Under the pieces are notes generated by a model, which was not told the origin of the DNA, searched no databases, and worked only from the letters and a program-made list of their open reading frames with translations. Of a stretch of 64,000 nt of DNA, positions 1-16,546 are shown piece after piece. Within the stretch, counting starts at the first letter, position 1; each line of letters begins with the position of its first letter. Origin of the DNA: Eledone cirrhosa (taxonomy: Eukaryota); contig OZ024747.1 in assembly GCA_964016885.1 (NCBI GenBank), positions 46,128,001 through 46,192,000 of the forward strand, written 5' to 3'. The translations under genes were made by a program, and so were the position numbers.

Positions 1-3000
1 TTTGTTCTGAAAGATTTTTCTGCTTAAAAAGTTGCAATGTTAATGAAAAGCTCGTTTTATTTACAAAAATGTGAAAGAAATTATTCTTACTTGTCTTAGT
101 TTTTCCTTTTCCTTTCATTTTCTGACGTCGGAATCAACATTTTCTCATATTTACGCTGTTACAGTTTGTTCAAAAGAATGCTTTTGATGACACCATTCTT
201 AGTTGACTGGGTATCCTTCAGAAACACTCACATTTTCTTTTCGTTTTCCGCGGCTAAGGCCTACATACAGTTGACCGTGTTGGAATACAGGTCGTTCCAG
301 ATAAACCAAGACGTTTTCCCTAGTTTGTCCTTGTGCTTTATGAATAGTTATAGCGAAGCACGATTGAACTGGGAATTGGCTTCGCTGCAAAGGGATATCC
401 TCACCTTCGGATAGATTAATTCTTATTCTAGGTATCATAACGATCTCATTTCTGAAAGCAGCAGTATTGATTCTTGCTACTATGAGATTGTCGTGCAGTT
501 CTTCCATGATCATGCGCGTTCCATTGCAAAGCCTTGGAGGATTCAAGTTTCTCATAAGAATTATTGGCGATCCTTTTTTCAATTCCAGGTTATGTGGTAG
601 CAGTCCTGATAGTTCAACCGAATCAAGGAATACAGTCGGGAAATGAGTGGCATTGGCCACATCACTCACAGAATTATAGGATCGGTACTCTTTTATAGTT
701 CCAGAGAAGAGTCTGATACAGGTGGAATTGATGCTTCTCATCATTTCATTGAGAGGTACTAAGATGCAATTGTTCGAAAACACTTCCGCTGGTTTATTGA
801 ATGCGGGGTAGATGAAATCAATACATTCTTCCATAGTTGTTGCTTGGAGAACCATTTCTTTTGGCAAAATAATTTCCTCATTTTCAGTTTTTTTAATCTT
901 ATCTTCTCCAATATCCAATAGGAACTGTGAATAGTCACCTGCTCCCCCACTCAATCGCATGTTTGTTTTCAACTGAAATATTTTGAAGCTTTGCCATAAG
1001 TAGGTTTTTTAATGCAAGCATTTCCCACGTTCGCTTCATTTCCCCTTTTCACGGAAGAAGCTGACGGAAATCGCCACAGCAAATTGTCAAAATTCCACCG
1101 AATGCCTCATTGTTGTCGCATATGTCACGCAGAGTGAGATCAACAGCTTCGAAGCTTTCCCTCCGAATCATAGGACACTCATCCCAAACAATCAGTCTTG
1201 TATGCTGGAAGGGGTTTGCCGTCTTTGAGTTTTTACTATCGGTATTTTGAACCTAGAATGCGCTGTTCTTCCACCAGGCATCAGTGTTGCGGCAATGCCA
1301 GATGACGCAACAGCAATAGCCACGCCACCGTTTCCCCTGACTTTTGAAAGAATTAAGTTAATCAGGAATGTCTTTCCTGTTTCACCTGGAGCGTCAATGA
1401 AAATCAATGCAGATATGTTTGTCTCTAAACTGTTACAAACGAAGTCATACACGTGTTTTTGTTCACTATTCAATAGAGGCTCCGTCTCTTCTACAAATCG
1501 TCGCTGCTCTTCTCTGCTGTATTGCAATTCATGCAATAACTCCAAATTGCCAATATCCTGATTAGCAACAATATTATTTGGCCTTGGCAAGTTAAAGTCA
1601 TTAAGACTTTTGCCCAGGTCGTTAAGTTTGTCTTCAAAATACCGAAGACATTGATCATAATGTCTCTCGCTAATCAAAAGATTAGAGTTTCTGGTAGCCC
1701 TATTTTCTATGTGAAGACAGTGGATGCTTAAATCGAACCCATAAAGCACTGGAATTGTCAATTTCCGTATTTGTGAGGAGCACGATGAATAGATCTCTCA
1801 TGGCTTTGGGAAGCCTTCTTCGCTCAGCATCTTCCAGAGTCTGCTACCAATAATCATCCGATTGAAGCAAACCTTTCTCTCTGCAGACGTCTTTGAATAA
1901 TGGCAGGAGTTCTCCATCACACATTTTCAAAGAGTTGAAGGATACTGGCCCTTTGACGTGATGCAGAAGGAGTCTTAAATAATACAGGTCACCACTTCGT
2001 GGAGAAACTGTGTATACTCGTCCCAAAACGTTCGCCTCAAAAATCCCTGGATACTGCTCAACTGTTTTCCCCACCTTTCTCCTTTCCCATCTCTTATTAC
2101 TCCAAGTGTAAAACTTTGGGACAACGGCATAATACAATGTTTTTGCAAACGGATTGCGATCACAAAGATCCATGAACTCAGTCAGAGTCGTCTTAGCCAT
2201 GTTATTGTTTACTTTAACAGCAGCATTGACCCGAAAGAAGATTTGATTTTCCTCAGGTAAATGAACTTGAAGGCGAACTACGGCCGGTTCTATCTCATGA
2301 ATTAGAAATCCAAGTACCAAGGCAACAGCTTCTGAAGGACCGATATATCTTCCTGTTAAATACTGTATTATCTCATCTTCCCTGTTCACTCCAAACATTG
2401 CCTAATCACTGCCCTTCATGGTATATTTGATAACGTATTTGATCGATTTCACGGAAGAGCACATCTCTACGTTTAGGTGGCAGTTGAACAGTTTTAATAG
2501 TTTCATATTGTAGGGAACCACCCATTCCGAAGTTATATTTCGGCTTCCCCTTCCTTCTTGGTGCCCCTCAAATCCTCCCATTCCTGGAGACTGTCTTCTG
2601 TACACAAGATAAGAGTCCTCTCCACGCAATGTATATTCATTGAAAGGCTTAGGGTACCGCTTACTGCCATCCATCTTTCCAACACGGCGAATTATTAGAG
2701 CAATTCGGACCGTGGATCATGTGCTTCAGCACCATCTCATGACCCTCTGGATCTTTGTTTGGATCTGGTATTTCGGCTTGAACAAATTTATCGTATTTCT
2801 GCGGTCTGGGCTTGGAGGCTTCATTGAGCCATAGCAAAGAGTGCACATGAGGAAGACCTCGCTTTTGATATTCGACTGTCAGCACGTAATCAATGCAGTT
2901 GCCAAATAAGCCATCTACTCCAGTAAGATACTTTCTTAACAGTTTCCGCTTCAGGTCAAATACTCTGGCAATTAAATCTGGCCTTTCATGTGGCTTCTGA

Positions 3001-5223
3001 TTCAGGAATAGGTTTTGCCGGATTTCAGGCCAGTTTGAATTGCATGTCATTGTGATGAAGAACGAAGGATTGCCGTACTTCTGTATGTACATCATGGCAT
3101 CCTGGCATCGCTCCATCATATATCTCGGTCCACCGACAAAATGTGGAAGAGAGTATGATTCGCCTGCCGATGTTGCGAAAATCGACATCATCATTCAATG
3201 CGTCAGTAAGGCCCTTGTATGTTGTAGATCGCAATGATGTTTGATTCATTCGGGTGTATTGCAGTCTATCTCCTTCAATCTTCGCACCCAAATATTGCTG
3301 AAATAAACGACCGCCTCTGAGAAGTTGGTTGAATTCATTCTCATGGTTCATTATTCGATAGGCATAGTAGCGCATTGGCGTCAACTTCTTGTTGTTGCTC
3401 ATTAACAGCTGATGATGCCATCCGTCATCGCCAAAAGGAAAAAATAGAACATACTGCAAACTGTCATAGGACCGATGGGACTCTGAGATTATTTGCAATT
3501 GTCCGCCTTTTTTTCAACACAATGTGCCGTGCTTTTGCTTGAAGTTCGGTGCTGTTTTGTATAATAACGGCAAATTCGTTTGCAGTTTGTGCATTGAATC
3601 TTCTCTCATGATCCATTGCTGGTCTCCTATCAGGATCAATAATAATCGATACTTCGGGAATATTTTTAATTTGTTCTTTTGCCATTCGAAATGAAGCAAC
3701 GTAAGGGTTATATTGTCTGAATATTATTTCCAATAATTCAACTATGTCGCGCTGAATGCCATCGTTATGGAGTATCCTGATCCTCAAATCAACACTCTCC
3801 TGAGGATCCAAGAAGTAAATTTGAAGAAATTGGGGTTGTTCGTTGGGATTAGGGGTTAAGGAACCGATGTAATTCTGAATTTGACCATGAATAACGATAG
3901 AAGGATTCCATCCACTCGAACTTCTTCGGCCTCAAAAGATGTCATTTGGAACAGGCAGTTGTATTGTCTGAGGTTCTTCCTGAACTCGTTTGCCTTAGGT
4001 TGATCAGTACTAAATAAACTGTGAAGTTCTTGGGGTAAAGGTTGCAGATTTCCCAACCTGACTTTTCCATTCATACAGCAAAAGTTAGCAGTTTCACCAT
4101 GAAAAAGCATTGCATGACAACAGACACAGATCTTATTCATCTGTCCAACATCAGCAGAGAGGTCACGTCTTTGAACTGTCCTTGCTCTATCCATAATGGT
4201 TTGTTGGCAAAGACGTTCAGTTCTCTGAGCATCCGATTCATGATCTCTCCTTCTTCTGTCTCTTTCCCTCTGTTCCGCTAGACGCGCAGCCCTTGCTTTA
4301 TCAGTCTCATCGATCCTTCTATTCGCATGCTTGTTCCGATCTTGTTGGCGTTGACCACTATCTTGCTCACCTTCTTCGGCTCTCCTTAGCCGTGCTTTCT
4401 TTCCACTATCGATAGACCAACCAGATGTTTTCTTTCTTCCTCGTCGAGGCATTATTTAAGAATATAAAATATTATTCACCTTAGAAAAAATCCCTATTAC
4501 CTCAACAAATATTTTTTTTAAATCCTCATTTAGAAATATTTCTAAATAATGAAAATATTGTCTGTTTAAACAACTCGTATTTTTTAAATCATATTCACTT
4601 AAAAATGCTTATTAATAATTAAAATATTCTGTTTAAAGCAGTGTACAAATAATTTGTAATTTTTAAGTCATTTTCACTTAAGAATATTTTTAAATATGCC
4701 AAGAAATATTTTTCCATCGTATTCACTTGAAAACAATTTAAAAAAAAAGAAGATATTGTCTTTGTAAATAAAGCTATTTGTGAAATCAAATTCACTTTAA
4801 AATATTTCTAAATAATTGAAATATTATTTTTAACAAAAGTAAAAATATAAACACCTACTGTTTAACACCAACTGGTATTTTTCAGTGATATTCACTTAAT
4901 GCTTTTCTGATAATTAAAATATCGTCTGTTTAAAGAAAGCTCGAATATAGATACTTAAAGTACAAGCAACTTGTAGTTTTGAAATCATATTCACTGAGAA
5001 ATCACTGAAAACATTTTTTTTAATAATTATTAAACTATTTTCATCATTCGAGAAATATTTTTATGTCGATTTACGTCAAGCCTGTTTTATCCCCATTTCA
5101 GGATTATATCACTTACAGGGCTATTTTTCCATTATGCACCGTTTTGGCTATTTACGAAGGTATCCTACACACACACACAAATATATATATATATATATAT
5201 ATATGTCTCTAACTTAAGTACTG

Positions 5224-5317
<94 letters not shown>

Positions 5318-5986
5318 CTCTACGTACGTAAACACACGCACTGGCACACATACACATACAGATACACACGGTGGCAGTATAACTGTGAAAGAGAGAGAAA
5401 GAAATAACGTTATGGATAGGGGGAGAGTTAAAATAAATAAAAGTTAAGGGCGCTGTCTCTTTCTCTATCTGTCATCCTCCCTCTCTCTCTCACCCCCTCA
5501 CTCTCTCTCACCCCTCTCTCTCTGTCTCTCTCTCATCCCTCTCTGTCTCTCTTACTTACAGAATGAACAACCAAAAAACAAATGAATTATTTCTTTCGAT
5601 ATTCATTATAAAATAAGATAAATTGAATTTAAATGAATTCCTTGCTATTTTTGGAAAATTGAACATATTGTCCATGTGCGATTTACGCCAAACTTGTTTT
5701 ATTCAGAGTATTTTCTCATTATGCAATATTTTGGCTATTTACGAAGTTTTGCGGGTTATGTTAATTTCGAGGTATTTTCCCAGTATGCACCGTTGTGGTT
5801 GTTTACGAAGGTACCCCCAAAACCCGCGAATCTCGGGAGTCCGGGGTCAGATTTTCGCGAAACTTGTTTTATTCAATTTGTATTCCCATTTCAGAGGCAA
5901 CTTGCTTTCAAAGTATTTACCCATTATGCGCCCTTTTGGCTGTATTACATAACAAAAAGCAAGCAAGCACGCAAGATCAGAGTTTT

Positions 5987-5999
<13 letters not shown>
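1..5999 (-). mobile_element. Helitron DNA transposon (decayed); 3' end lies left of the window
   Basis: Rep/helicase remnants at 199-4452. The minus-strand 5' end reads A^TCTATATACTACTAAAA at 6000-5983, a typical Helitron 5' TC terminus, and abuts a (TA)n tract. Imperfect subterminal tandem repeats lie at about 4480-5160 and 5660-5945. Confidence 0.85.
199..4452 (-). pseudogene. Helitron RepHel (HUH/Y2 Rep + PIF1-family SF1 helicase), split by frameshifts and stops
   Basis: N-terminal Cys cluster CVCC...FCCMNGKV. Rep motifs FFITMTCN, VEYQKRGLPHVHSLLW and KYVIKYTMKG. Helicase motifs [47 protein letters not shown] and HGQLYVGLSR, spread over at least 8 ORF fragments. Confidence 0.95.
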
Positions 6000-6462
<463 letters not shown>

Positions 6463-6796
6463 ATTCAGTTATATCGAATAGATAACCATGTTTAAGGATT
6501 CGTAGCATTTTAAATGAACAAGTTCGTGAGGTAGATTAAATGTAAATTTAGAATCCATACATATGAAGATTTTAACATTCTATTTACACACATTATATAG
6601 CGTTTTTCTACTATCACACATACCACTGAATGAGGAAAACCATTTGTTCCTCAATTGCGTGTAGATTGCGAAGAATTAATTGATATCAAATTTTAAATTC
6701 TTGTGAAATTAATTTTTCTAAATGATTAACACACTGGAATAATTGCTGGCCTTGTGCCAAAAGTAGAAACAATTATTATGATTAACATTATTATGG

Positions 6797-6988
6797 GGCG
6801 GTGGATTGGCAGTATCGGTAGAGGGTCGGACGCCATGCTTTGCAGCAAAGAGTTACGGCCGTTTATGATCTGAGTTCAAATCCCGCCGAGGTTAACTTTG
6901 CCTTTCATCCTTTCGGGGTTGATAAAATAAAGTACCAGTAATGCACTGGGTAATTGCTGGCCTTGTGCCTAAAGTAGAAACAATTATT
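6797..6988 (+). mobile_element. tRNA-derived SINE with Nin/Deu-type central domain (representative copy)
   Basis: A-box TGGCAGTATCGG, B-box GAGTTCAAATCC, central GCCTTTCATCCTTTCGGGGTTGATAAAATAAAGTACCA, 3' end GTAGAAACAATTATT. Further full or partial copies near 7245, 7575, 7960(-), 8195(-), 13374(-), 13775(-), 18392(-), 18598(-), 25513(-), 28606(-), 34714(-), 36535, 41608, 42500(-), 42735(-), 42935(-), 52140, 56028, 61424, 61632 and 61700(-). Confidence 0.9.
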
Positions 6989-7244
6989 TTTAGAATGATA
7001 ACATATAATAAACTAGAGAGAACAAAATTAAAGAATAAATAAAAGAAAAAATAGGGCCAACTTCATAATGGAAGAAGACAATTACAGTCAGGTGGCTTGA
7101 TGTCCTGTGCAGTGTCAAGCTAAACAAAAACAAACTATAAAAAAAGAGTAGAATAAATATACAAACAAATCAATCTGAAACAATGAGGTTTTGTCGGAAT
7201 TCTTTTTAAAATGTATAATCATCATCATCATCATCCTCATTTGT

Positions 7245-7465
7245 GAGTATCGGTAGAGCGTCAGACGCCATGCTTTGCAGCATAGAGATATGGCCCTTTT
7301 CGTTCTCAGTTCAAATCCCGCCGAGATTAACTTTGCCTTTCATCCTTACGGGGTCGATAAAAGCACAAGTAGCGTACTGGGTTGATTTAGTCGACTTTAT
7401 CCTCCCCGCCTCCAAATTACTGGCCTTGTGCCTATATAAGAAACCATTAGTAGTAGTAGTAGTAC

Positions 7466-7516
<51 letters not shown>

Positions 7517-8403
7517 CAGCAGCAGCAGCAGCAGAGCAGCATTCTTATTCTCATTATCATTATGATCCTAATAAGGTGGTGGATTGGCAGTATAGGTAGA
7601 GGGTCGGATGCCATGCTTTGCAGCAAAGAGTTACGGCCCTTTATATTCTCAGTTCAAATCCCGCCTTTCATCTTTACGGGGTCGATAAAATAAAGCACCA
7701 GTAATACACTGGGATAATTGCTGGCCTTGTCCCAAAAGTAGAAACAATTATCATTATGATCCTAACTTTTATCCCCATTATCCCCATCATCATCAACGAA
7801 AAATATGTATGTGGCCGCTCAACATGCTAGAAGTAGCAGTTAAATACCACTCAAATAATTGAAACTGAAATGTTTAAACTGGATACATACGATTGAGTCA
7901 GCAATCAACACATATTTTATGTTTGATGAATTGATATTTATCTTAATATTTATTTCTTATTTTGGCACAAGGACAGTATATTTGAGGGAAGGACAACGTT
8001 GATTGAATTAATCCTAGTACTTGATTGCTAATTATCGATCCTGGAAGGATGAAAGGCAAAGTTGGGCTCGGCGGGATTTGAACTGAGAATATAAAGAACT
8101 TTCATTGCAATGGCATGTTATCCAACTCTAACACTGTAATACAACTCCAGCTTAACTGAGCGACGGAACAACAACAGCATCAATAATGATAATGATTTCT
8201 ATTATAGGCACAAGGCCAGCAATTTAAAAGGGAGGGGAAAGTCGATTAATTCCACCCCAGTGCATTGCTGATACTTTATTTTATTGACTCCGTAAGGATG
8301 AAAGGCAAAGCTAATCTCGGCGGGATTTTAACTCAGAACGTAAAGGGACATAACTCTATGCCACAATTCATGGTGTCTGACGCTCTACTGATTCTGCCAA
8401 TCC
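7245..8403. mobile_element. Cluster of four Nin-type SINE copies (two +, two -)
   Basis: Same A/B boxes and central domain as 6797-6988. Confidence 0.85.
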
Positions 8404-9136
8404 AAATAATAATTCATGAAGCCCTCCGTAATGCTTTTAGATACTTACAATTTTAGCCACGGTGCGGAAAATATAAAAAAAGTTTTATTAACCAAATTAA
8501 CTATGTCCTAGTTAGTATACACTATATGATTAGCTGGAAGTTAATAATCTCTCTGTGGACAGAAAAGTGGATATTTCTTCTTTGAGTAAGGTGCCTCAGA
8601 ATTAGTCATATCGATCCCAAGTTTTCTGCACACTAGGGGATAAAGCCAAGGGTATTAAATATTTTGTTTAATCTCCGCAGTGCGGCTAAACACCCTATTT
8701 TGCATTTGAAAATATATATTTAATATATTTATGTATGTGTATGAGTGTTTGCATGCGTCTGTCTGCCTCTCTCTGTGTGTGAGAGAGAGAAAGAGAGAGA
8801 GAGATAAGATTGAGCTAGAGCAGTTGTGGGGATGGAGAACGAAACGAAATGAGATTTTTAATTAAAACATTTTTTAAAAAGTTAAATAGTAATATAAAAC
8901 CCAATAATAGATATAACGAAATTATAAAAGTATTGTGAATAACTGGAATTTGTGGCAGAAGATGGCGCTGCTGAGTTCTACTTAAATTGATTTTGAAGCC
9001 AACTAAGAAGATAATGTTGGATTGAGCTTTTATATTTGCCGTAATAAAGCTGTCAAAGTGATTCTGGGCAAGATAGATGACTCATTGAAATTACCAGAGT
9101 GAGAGGTAGAGAAAAAAATAAATACATAAGCAGAAA

Positions 9137-9410
<274 letters not shown>

Positions 9411-12400
9411 GGTAGGTAGACTGACACAGACAGAGTGAGTGCGAATTATTTTGGCTGATTACCAAAACATTGTGAATTCTTTGTAAGAAAGTTAGATTGG
9501 TATGGGTAAGCCATAGTACTTGTCTATTCAGGTAATGGGTTGTTAGGTGTTGGAATGGACGAGATGGCGTGATGGTGATGGAAATAGGGTTGAGGCGGGG
9601 GTATCGGGGGTGATTGTAAAAGCTATGTAAGGGGTTGTAGAGATGTACAAGGAAGTTACTTCAATCAAAGTAGATTTGAATTCAGAAATGACATATTTTT
9701 AATGATTGCATGCAAACTGCCCAGTTTGTTCTGATCTGATGTTAGAGCAATATTCGGAAGAGAGAGATTAAATTAGAATTCTGGAAATTTCCTGTGATTA
9801 GATTGTAATGTATGAATTAGCATTAACAAATTTTAAGGCTTCTTTACTTTCGGTGACATTCGCAGATGTAGCTATTGTCCAATGCAGTAATGTATGTCCC
9901 GTGTCCAACATGTACCTGGCAGAGACACATCACCTTCAGCAGACCAGTTCATCTAGATGCATAGCTAGTACATTCAATTTATGTTAGTAGATGCATGCAT
10001 ATCTTTATAAGCTGCATTTCGAAAGCAGCCACACATGACAGTTGAATTATTGCGTGTGTCAGAAATCACGTTAACTTTTTTAAAATGTTATCCCAACCTA
10101 AACAATTTGGAGGGTAACATGTGTATCTATATGGAAGTTTGCCATTCAGTTGATGTTCCATCTGTATTTGTCATCATATTTTTATGGAAATGCAGTCTTA
10201 GTATACAGATCTTCTAATAAGTCCCATCTTTTACACTATATTACAGTTTTCTGAAAATGATTTTGAGCAATATTTCCCATAATCTAATGTATTACCTCAC
10301 ATAGTAATTTGTTCCTTCTAGAGAAATTAATTAAGCTGAGATACAAAATGTTTACCGATACTTCAGGAAAAATATGTCAAATACGTTTAAAGTGAATGGA
10401 TTATTAAGACTGATATTTATCTCTTTAGTTATCAATTTGGTTATATTTTAACCACCTATCACATGTATCAGGGTATAATTTTTAATTTATATAATTTGGC
10501 TGTCGCACTTTTAACATTCTTTAGTTATTAAGTACTACGAAGACTTCAACGCTCGCCCACTTAAGAATGCTTGTGTAGCGTACTTTGCACGTGAGCAGAG
10601 TTACACTGAATCAGATGGAGCAGTTAAAGTATTTTGGGATTATTTTCAAGAGCGATGGAAGACAGGAGGCTTAATTAAATACAAGAATTACTGGAGTTAT
10701 TGCATAATGTATCCAGCGTCAGCACTCTGTCGTCAGAAGAATGGATGTGGATCGTCTTGTATGGCGAATATAGCACAAAACCTACTACATATTAACTTGA
10801 AAATTTGAGTGTCGTCATATAAACCCAGTCGCCTCGTGCGCCAGCATATACGCTATATCTAAAACATTCCAGATCTAAAGAGAAGATTGGTAACAATGTA
10901 ATGTTTATGTCTTTCCTAAAATCATTATCTCTGTAAGTGAACGGTAAATGATTCGACCAAGGACTGAAAGTCTGTCAATTTCCTATACTTACTTATTTAG
11001 CTTAATGTTTTCTAAACAACCTAAACAAAATGCGAAAAACCTCTTTAATGATAAAATAAACCGACATGGAGAACATTTTTGTTGAAGAACTATGGCCATA
11101 CGTTTGTTAATAAAAAAATTGGTTATGGCAGAGTACCCATTACACCGAATTAGCTAACCCAGAAAACCATTTATCAATATCAACGAGTAGTTTGTCTTAA
11201 ACTGAATAAATGTTACTGTCTCGTCTACAGGTGGTAATAAAAAAAAAAGAAAAGAAAGAATTATTCAGCTTGAAACGAATGTCCATTATCACTAAGAAAC
11301 TGTTTAAATGGAAACTAAACAGACCGACTCTATTTACTGTAGATTTGTGCTTAGTTTGGAGGAAATTGGATCATAGTAGACATTAGGTGAATGTTGTTTG
11401 TGTGTTGTATTTTCTTTCTTTTAGTTAAGCATTCTTTAACCTTTCCCATCACATACAATTACACTACATAGATACATGAGCATGTTGTAACCCTTGGCAA
11501 ATTTTCCTGATTCAACCATAGTTCTAGTTATGATATAATAGTCATCTTCTCTGCGATTCTAAATTTTAATTCTCTTTAATGTTCGTCGTATTTGCTGATA
11601 TATTAGATATACATTGATAGAGGTTTAGATGCTACATTGAGCAGGTTTGAAAATTCTAATACACAAAAATATTCATACAAACTTGCATTTAATTATTCCC
11701 CATATCTCCTCCCTTAAAACATTAGAGTATTCTGTTTAATCAAAGAGAGGTCAGCAACGAAACAAATTAACGTCACTCTAACCCTAACACAAAGATATTA
11801 AAAGCTAATTGGTATTTTATTTCTACCTCAAATGAATTAATCATATAAGGACATTTTCAATTAACTACGCATAAAGGAAAAAAGCCACACTTGCAAGGTT
11901 TTTATTTTCTTCCATATCAATAAACCATAAAATGTCAATAAATTATGAAAAAATTGACGTAATTTATCTCAATATATTTTCTTGATATTTAACAAATAAC
12001 TTCAGAAATATAGAATAAACAAAATGGAAAACTTTACACCCTTACATCAATATTTTCAATATTTTGTGTTGTTTTCCTTTTCTTAAAGCATCAATTTATT
12101 TAAACAAAATATTTCTTACGATCTTATATAATGTCGTAAATATATATTTATCTTGTCATCCTGTCTTCAAAATATGTCTATTACATATAATTCTCTATTA
12201 CCATTTGTTTGAATTTATGATGGGGATTTGCTGTTATGGCTATATGTTTGTTTGCTGTTTATTTCCATATACATATTGTAATTCTCTTTATCCGTATTTT
12301 TTAAAATTTCTATGAGTACGTTTTATTATAAATTTATAGTTGTTTTTTTTTTCTTTTAGAATATTCTTTTGTGCAGTATATTCTCTTTGAATTGAATTTA

Positions 12401-12629
12401 TAACATGTTACCGGTTGCATTATAGCATTAAAAAAGTTGCTGCGATTCGTATCTATAAACAAGACTTTGTAATTGTGTACGTTAGCATATGACAGAGGTC
12501 GTAAACGGTAAGAATTCTGATCTGAAATTCTTCTGATTATAAGTGCTTCATTCAGCTGAAAATATCTAAACAAACAATATTGTGGTGGAGAAGTAGATAG
12601 TTGGCTAGGCAGACAGACAGACAGACACA

Positions 12630-12708
<79 letters not shown>

Positions 12709-12719
12709 ACGCACACACG

Positions 12720-12774
<55 letters not shown>

Positions 12775-12974
12775 CTGTCTAGGAGAGTAGACACTCAGAA
12801 TAAAAACTGATACATCGTGGAGAGGACCCTAAAGTATGATAAGACAACCTCTCATAATTTCACGAAAAAAAGGTAACATTGAATTTTTTAAAGAGGTAAC
12901 ATGTAAACGTCATGAAAAAGGTTACTGTTCTTTAACTCTTTCAATACCATGTATCTAATGAATTATGTCAAGTA

Positions 12975-13147
12975 CCGTATTTCCCGGCGCAGAAGACGTT
13001 TCGTCCTCGAGGACGCACCCTAATTTTGACAATCAAAGATTTGAAAAAACAAACAATAAACAAACTTCGGCTTCCAGGACGCATGGTAGATTTTGAGACT
13101 TATTTTAGGAAAAAAGTAGCGTCTTCGACGCCGTCGGGAAAAACGAT
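12975..13147. mobile_element. pogo/Tigger-type MITE
   Basis: Imperfect TIRs ta|CCGTATTTCCCGGCGCAGAAGACG ... CGTCTTCGACGCCGTCGGGAAAAACGA|ta with TA flanks. Confidence 0.65.
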
Positions 13148-13371
13148 AGTTTGGAAAATAACCAAATATTTGGAGGAATTTAATAAAATAACTAGAGTTT
13201 CCATTATTATGCTGATATCCAGAATAATACCAAGTACAAATTTGAAAAATAAAGTTATGAGGGAAGGGTTTAATATAAGGATAAACATTTTACAATGAAC
13301 TATGTTGTATCATGGAAGCAGGAGCTGTTTCAGGTAGGTTGGTATCATAAAAGGTAACATACTCAAATGAT

Positions 13372-13845
13372 ATAATTGTTTCTACTTTGGGGCACAAGGC
13401 CAGCAATTACCCAGTGCATTACTGGTACTTTATTTTATCGACCCCGTAAGGATGAAAGGCAAAGTTAACCTCGGCGGGATTTGAACTCAGATCATAAACG
13501 GCCGTAACTCTTTGCTGCAAAGCATGGCGTCCGACCCTCTACCGATACTGCCAATCCACCGCCCCATAATAATGTTAATCATAAAAATAATTGTTTCTAC
13601 TTTTGGCACAAGGCCAGCAATTATCCCAGTGTGTTAATCATTTAGAGAAATTAATTTCACAAGAATTTAAAATTTGATATCAATTAATTCTTCGCAATCT
13701 ACACGCAATTGAGGAACAAATGGTTTTCCTCATTCAGTGGTATGTGTGATAGTAGAAAAACGCTATATAATGATTTTAACTCAGAATGACAAGGGCCGTA
13801 ACTCTATGCGTCAAAGCATGGCGTCCGACCCTCTACCAATACTGC
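13372..13845 (-). mobile_element. Tandem SINE copies, one interrupted by a 140-bp duplicated segment
   Basis: Full SINE at 13374-13565, SINE 3' part at 13588-13630 and SINE 5' part at 13773-13845. Confidence 0.85.
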
Positions 13846-14339
13846 ATAATTATTGGAAATTATACTGAACATCCAAGTAAGAAACAAATCATATTTTAAT
13901 TAACTAATTAAGAAATCAATTAAGTTTAATTAATATAGTTATTGTGTCTCATCAAACTACATTTCTCTGTTTCCTTTGTTTCCGCTATTGTTTCCATTGT
14001 TTATTTTGTAACAAGAATCTTTTGGTAGACAGATAACACTAAGCACATTACCTCATCTGATTAATATCACTACCTCAGTGGTGTTCGTGTACGATTGTTT
14101 CTCATCCTGTGGCTTTTGGGTATTTTCTTGTGGCTTCTTTCTTAATCAATTATATTCTGAACTAAATTATATACTGGTTTGTATCATGAAGCTATTATTG
14201 TATATACATTAAAGTGTGTAATGCAATAACAATGACAACGAAATCAAATAAAATAGACATGTTACTGTTTCACGTAAGCATCACAAGGGTATTTTAGTAG
14301 GTTTTCGTCATTATGTCATTATTTTTTTCATTTTATCGT

Positions 14340-14412
<73 letters not shown>

Positions 14413-14715
14413 CAATCAACACGACAGGCAAATTATAATAATAAATGGAAGTGAAACACAAGTGCGTGTGTTTTTTTATTGCCAGCTTGGCAATATATAT
14501 ATAGATATAATTTAGCGAGAATCGCATTTCGGCGGGTAGAAATTAGCGAAACGGAACTTCAATAATGTGAAGACAAGCGCTCCATGCATATGAAGAGGAT
14601 ACCAGAGCTATAAACATAAGTTAAAATGGTCATACACGCTGAGACGATGGTTAAGAAGCCATAGCCACCAAAGCCAAAGAAGCGAACAAGCTAAACGCTC
14701 AAACAAAATGAGATA

Positions 14716-14792
<77 letters not shown>

Positions 14793-14796
<4 letters not shown>

Positions 14797-15159
14797 TAAA
14801 CGGAATAGAAAATGCTGACAAATTGTTCACAGTTGAAAAATGATTTAATTAGGGATAAAAGAGTATTAGTGATTGTATGGGTTAGTATTCAGTTGTGGTT
14901 TTAAGTTTTAAAGTTTTTACCGGTTGCGCATTTCTAAATGCTTTTCAAAAATAATTTTGAGATAGAGTGTCCGTGTTGTTTGCTCTGATCTGATTAGTTT
15001 TGGGAATTCTACCTGTTTTTATGTTAAAAAAGTGGCTTCAGCGTTAATTTGGTGTTGCAAAAATTCTTGTGGTCAAAACAATTTTGATTGGTCGGTAGAG
15101 GTCATGTGAATGTAAAAAGTTGATTTTGCGCCAAGACTGTTTTTATGTTAAAAAAGTGG

Positions 15160-15160
<1 letters not shown>
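14793..15160 (-). mobile_element. Solo PLE pLTR-like element, inverted copy of 33460-33813
   Basis: Reverse-complement match along about 340 bp; both flanks are (TA)n; HHR-like fold at 14914-14951. Confidence 0.8.
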
Positions 15161-15192
<32 letters not shown>

Positions 15193-15482
15193 GATAGAAC
15201 CAGCTTTAAACTAGTTAGACCATTACTTAATAGAGTACTCGATACTTGGGAAGGATAGTAGAGTATGGCTATATTATAAATATCCGGGACCCGACGGTTG
15301 CGCTCTTGCCGTTTTAACAACTAGTTCCAGACTGCAGTTTACAGACAACTGAGTCAGAGCATTGGTTCCACAAGAATCTAGGTCTTATTTATCATAGAGT
15401 AGCCAGTCACCTATTAACAAATTAATTATATCTGTCAACAAAAGAACATGCATATATGTATTGTTATTGCTGTTTACCTTTT

Positions 15483-16320
<838 letters not shown>

Positions 16321-16353
16321 TACATGAATCAAAGTTCAGTTTAAATCATTTAT

Positions 16354-16402
16354 TTGCTTACAATTGTTTCCTCCAAACCGAGGTTTGGGTTCTTCGGAGC
16401 AA
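16354..16402 (-). ncRNA. Type I hammerhead ribozyme, U4C variant
   Basis: Minus strand: ttgct CCGAAGA ac-ccaaacc-tc-ggtttgg-ag GAAA caattg TA agcaa. Stem III is palindromic and the island sits between (TA)n tracts. Confidence 0.75.
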
Positions 16403-16448
16403 CTATTTACTGATTTTTTACATACTTGACCATAAATAGTATCCTTAA

Positions 16449-16539
<91 letters not shown>

Positions 16540-16546
<7 letters not shown>

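Noticed and set aside
6797-6895. tRNA gene-like A/B boxes
   Set aside because: These are SINE heads with no cloverleaf, followed by the Nin domain in more than 20 copies.
8451-8690. Possible MITE with TTTAGCC..TGCGGA inverted ends
   Set aside because: The inverted match is short and imperfect, and there is no second copy or clear TSD in the window.
8955-8975. YY1-like AAGATGGCG (and ETS-like CCGGAAGT near 48349) as host promoters
   Set aside because: Single short motifs with no downstream exon or ORF support.
14411-14718. TA-flanked island expected to hold an HHR
   Set aside because: I could not fold a convincing core on either strand; left unassigned.
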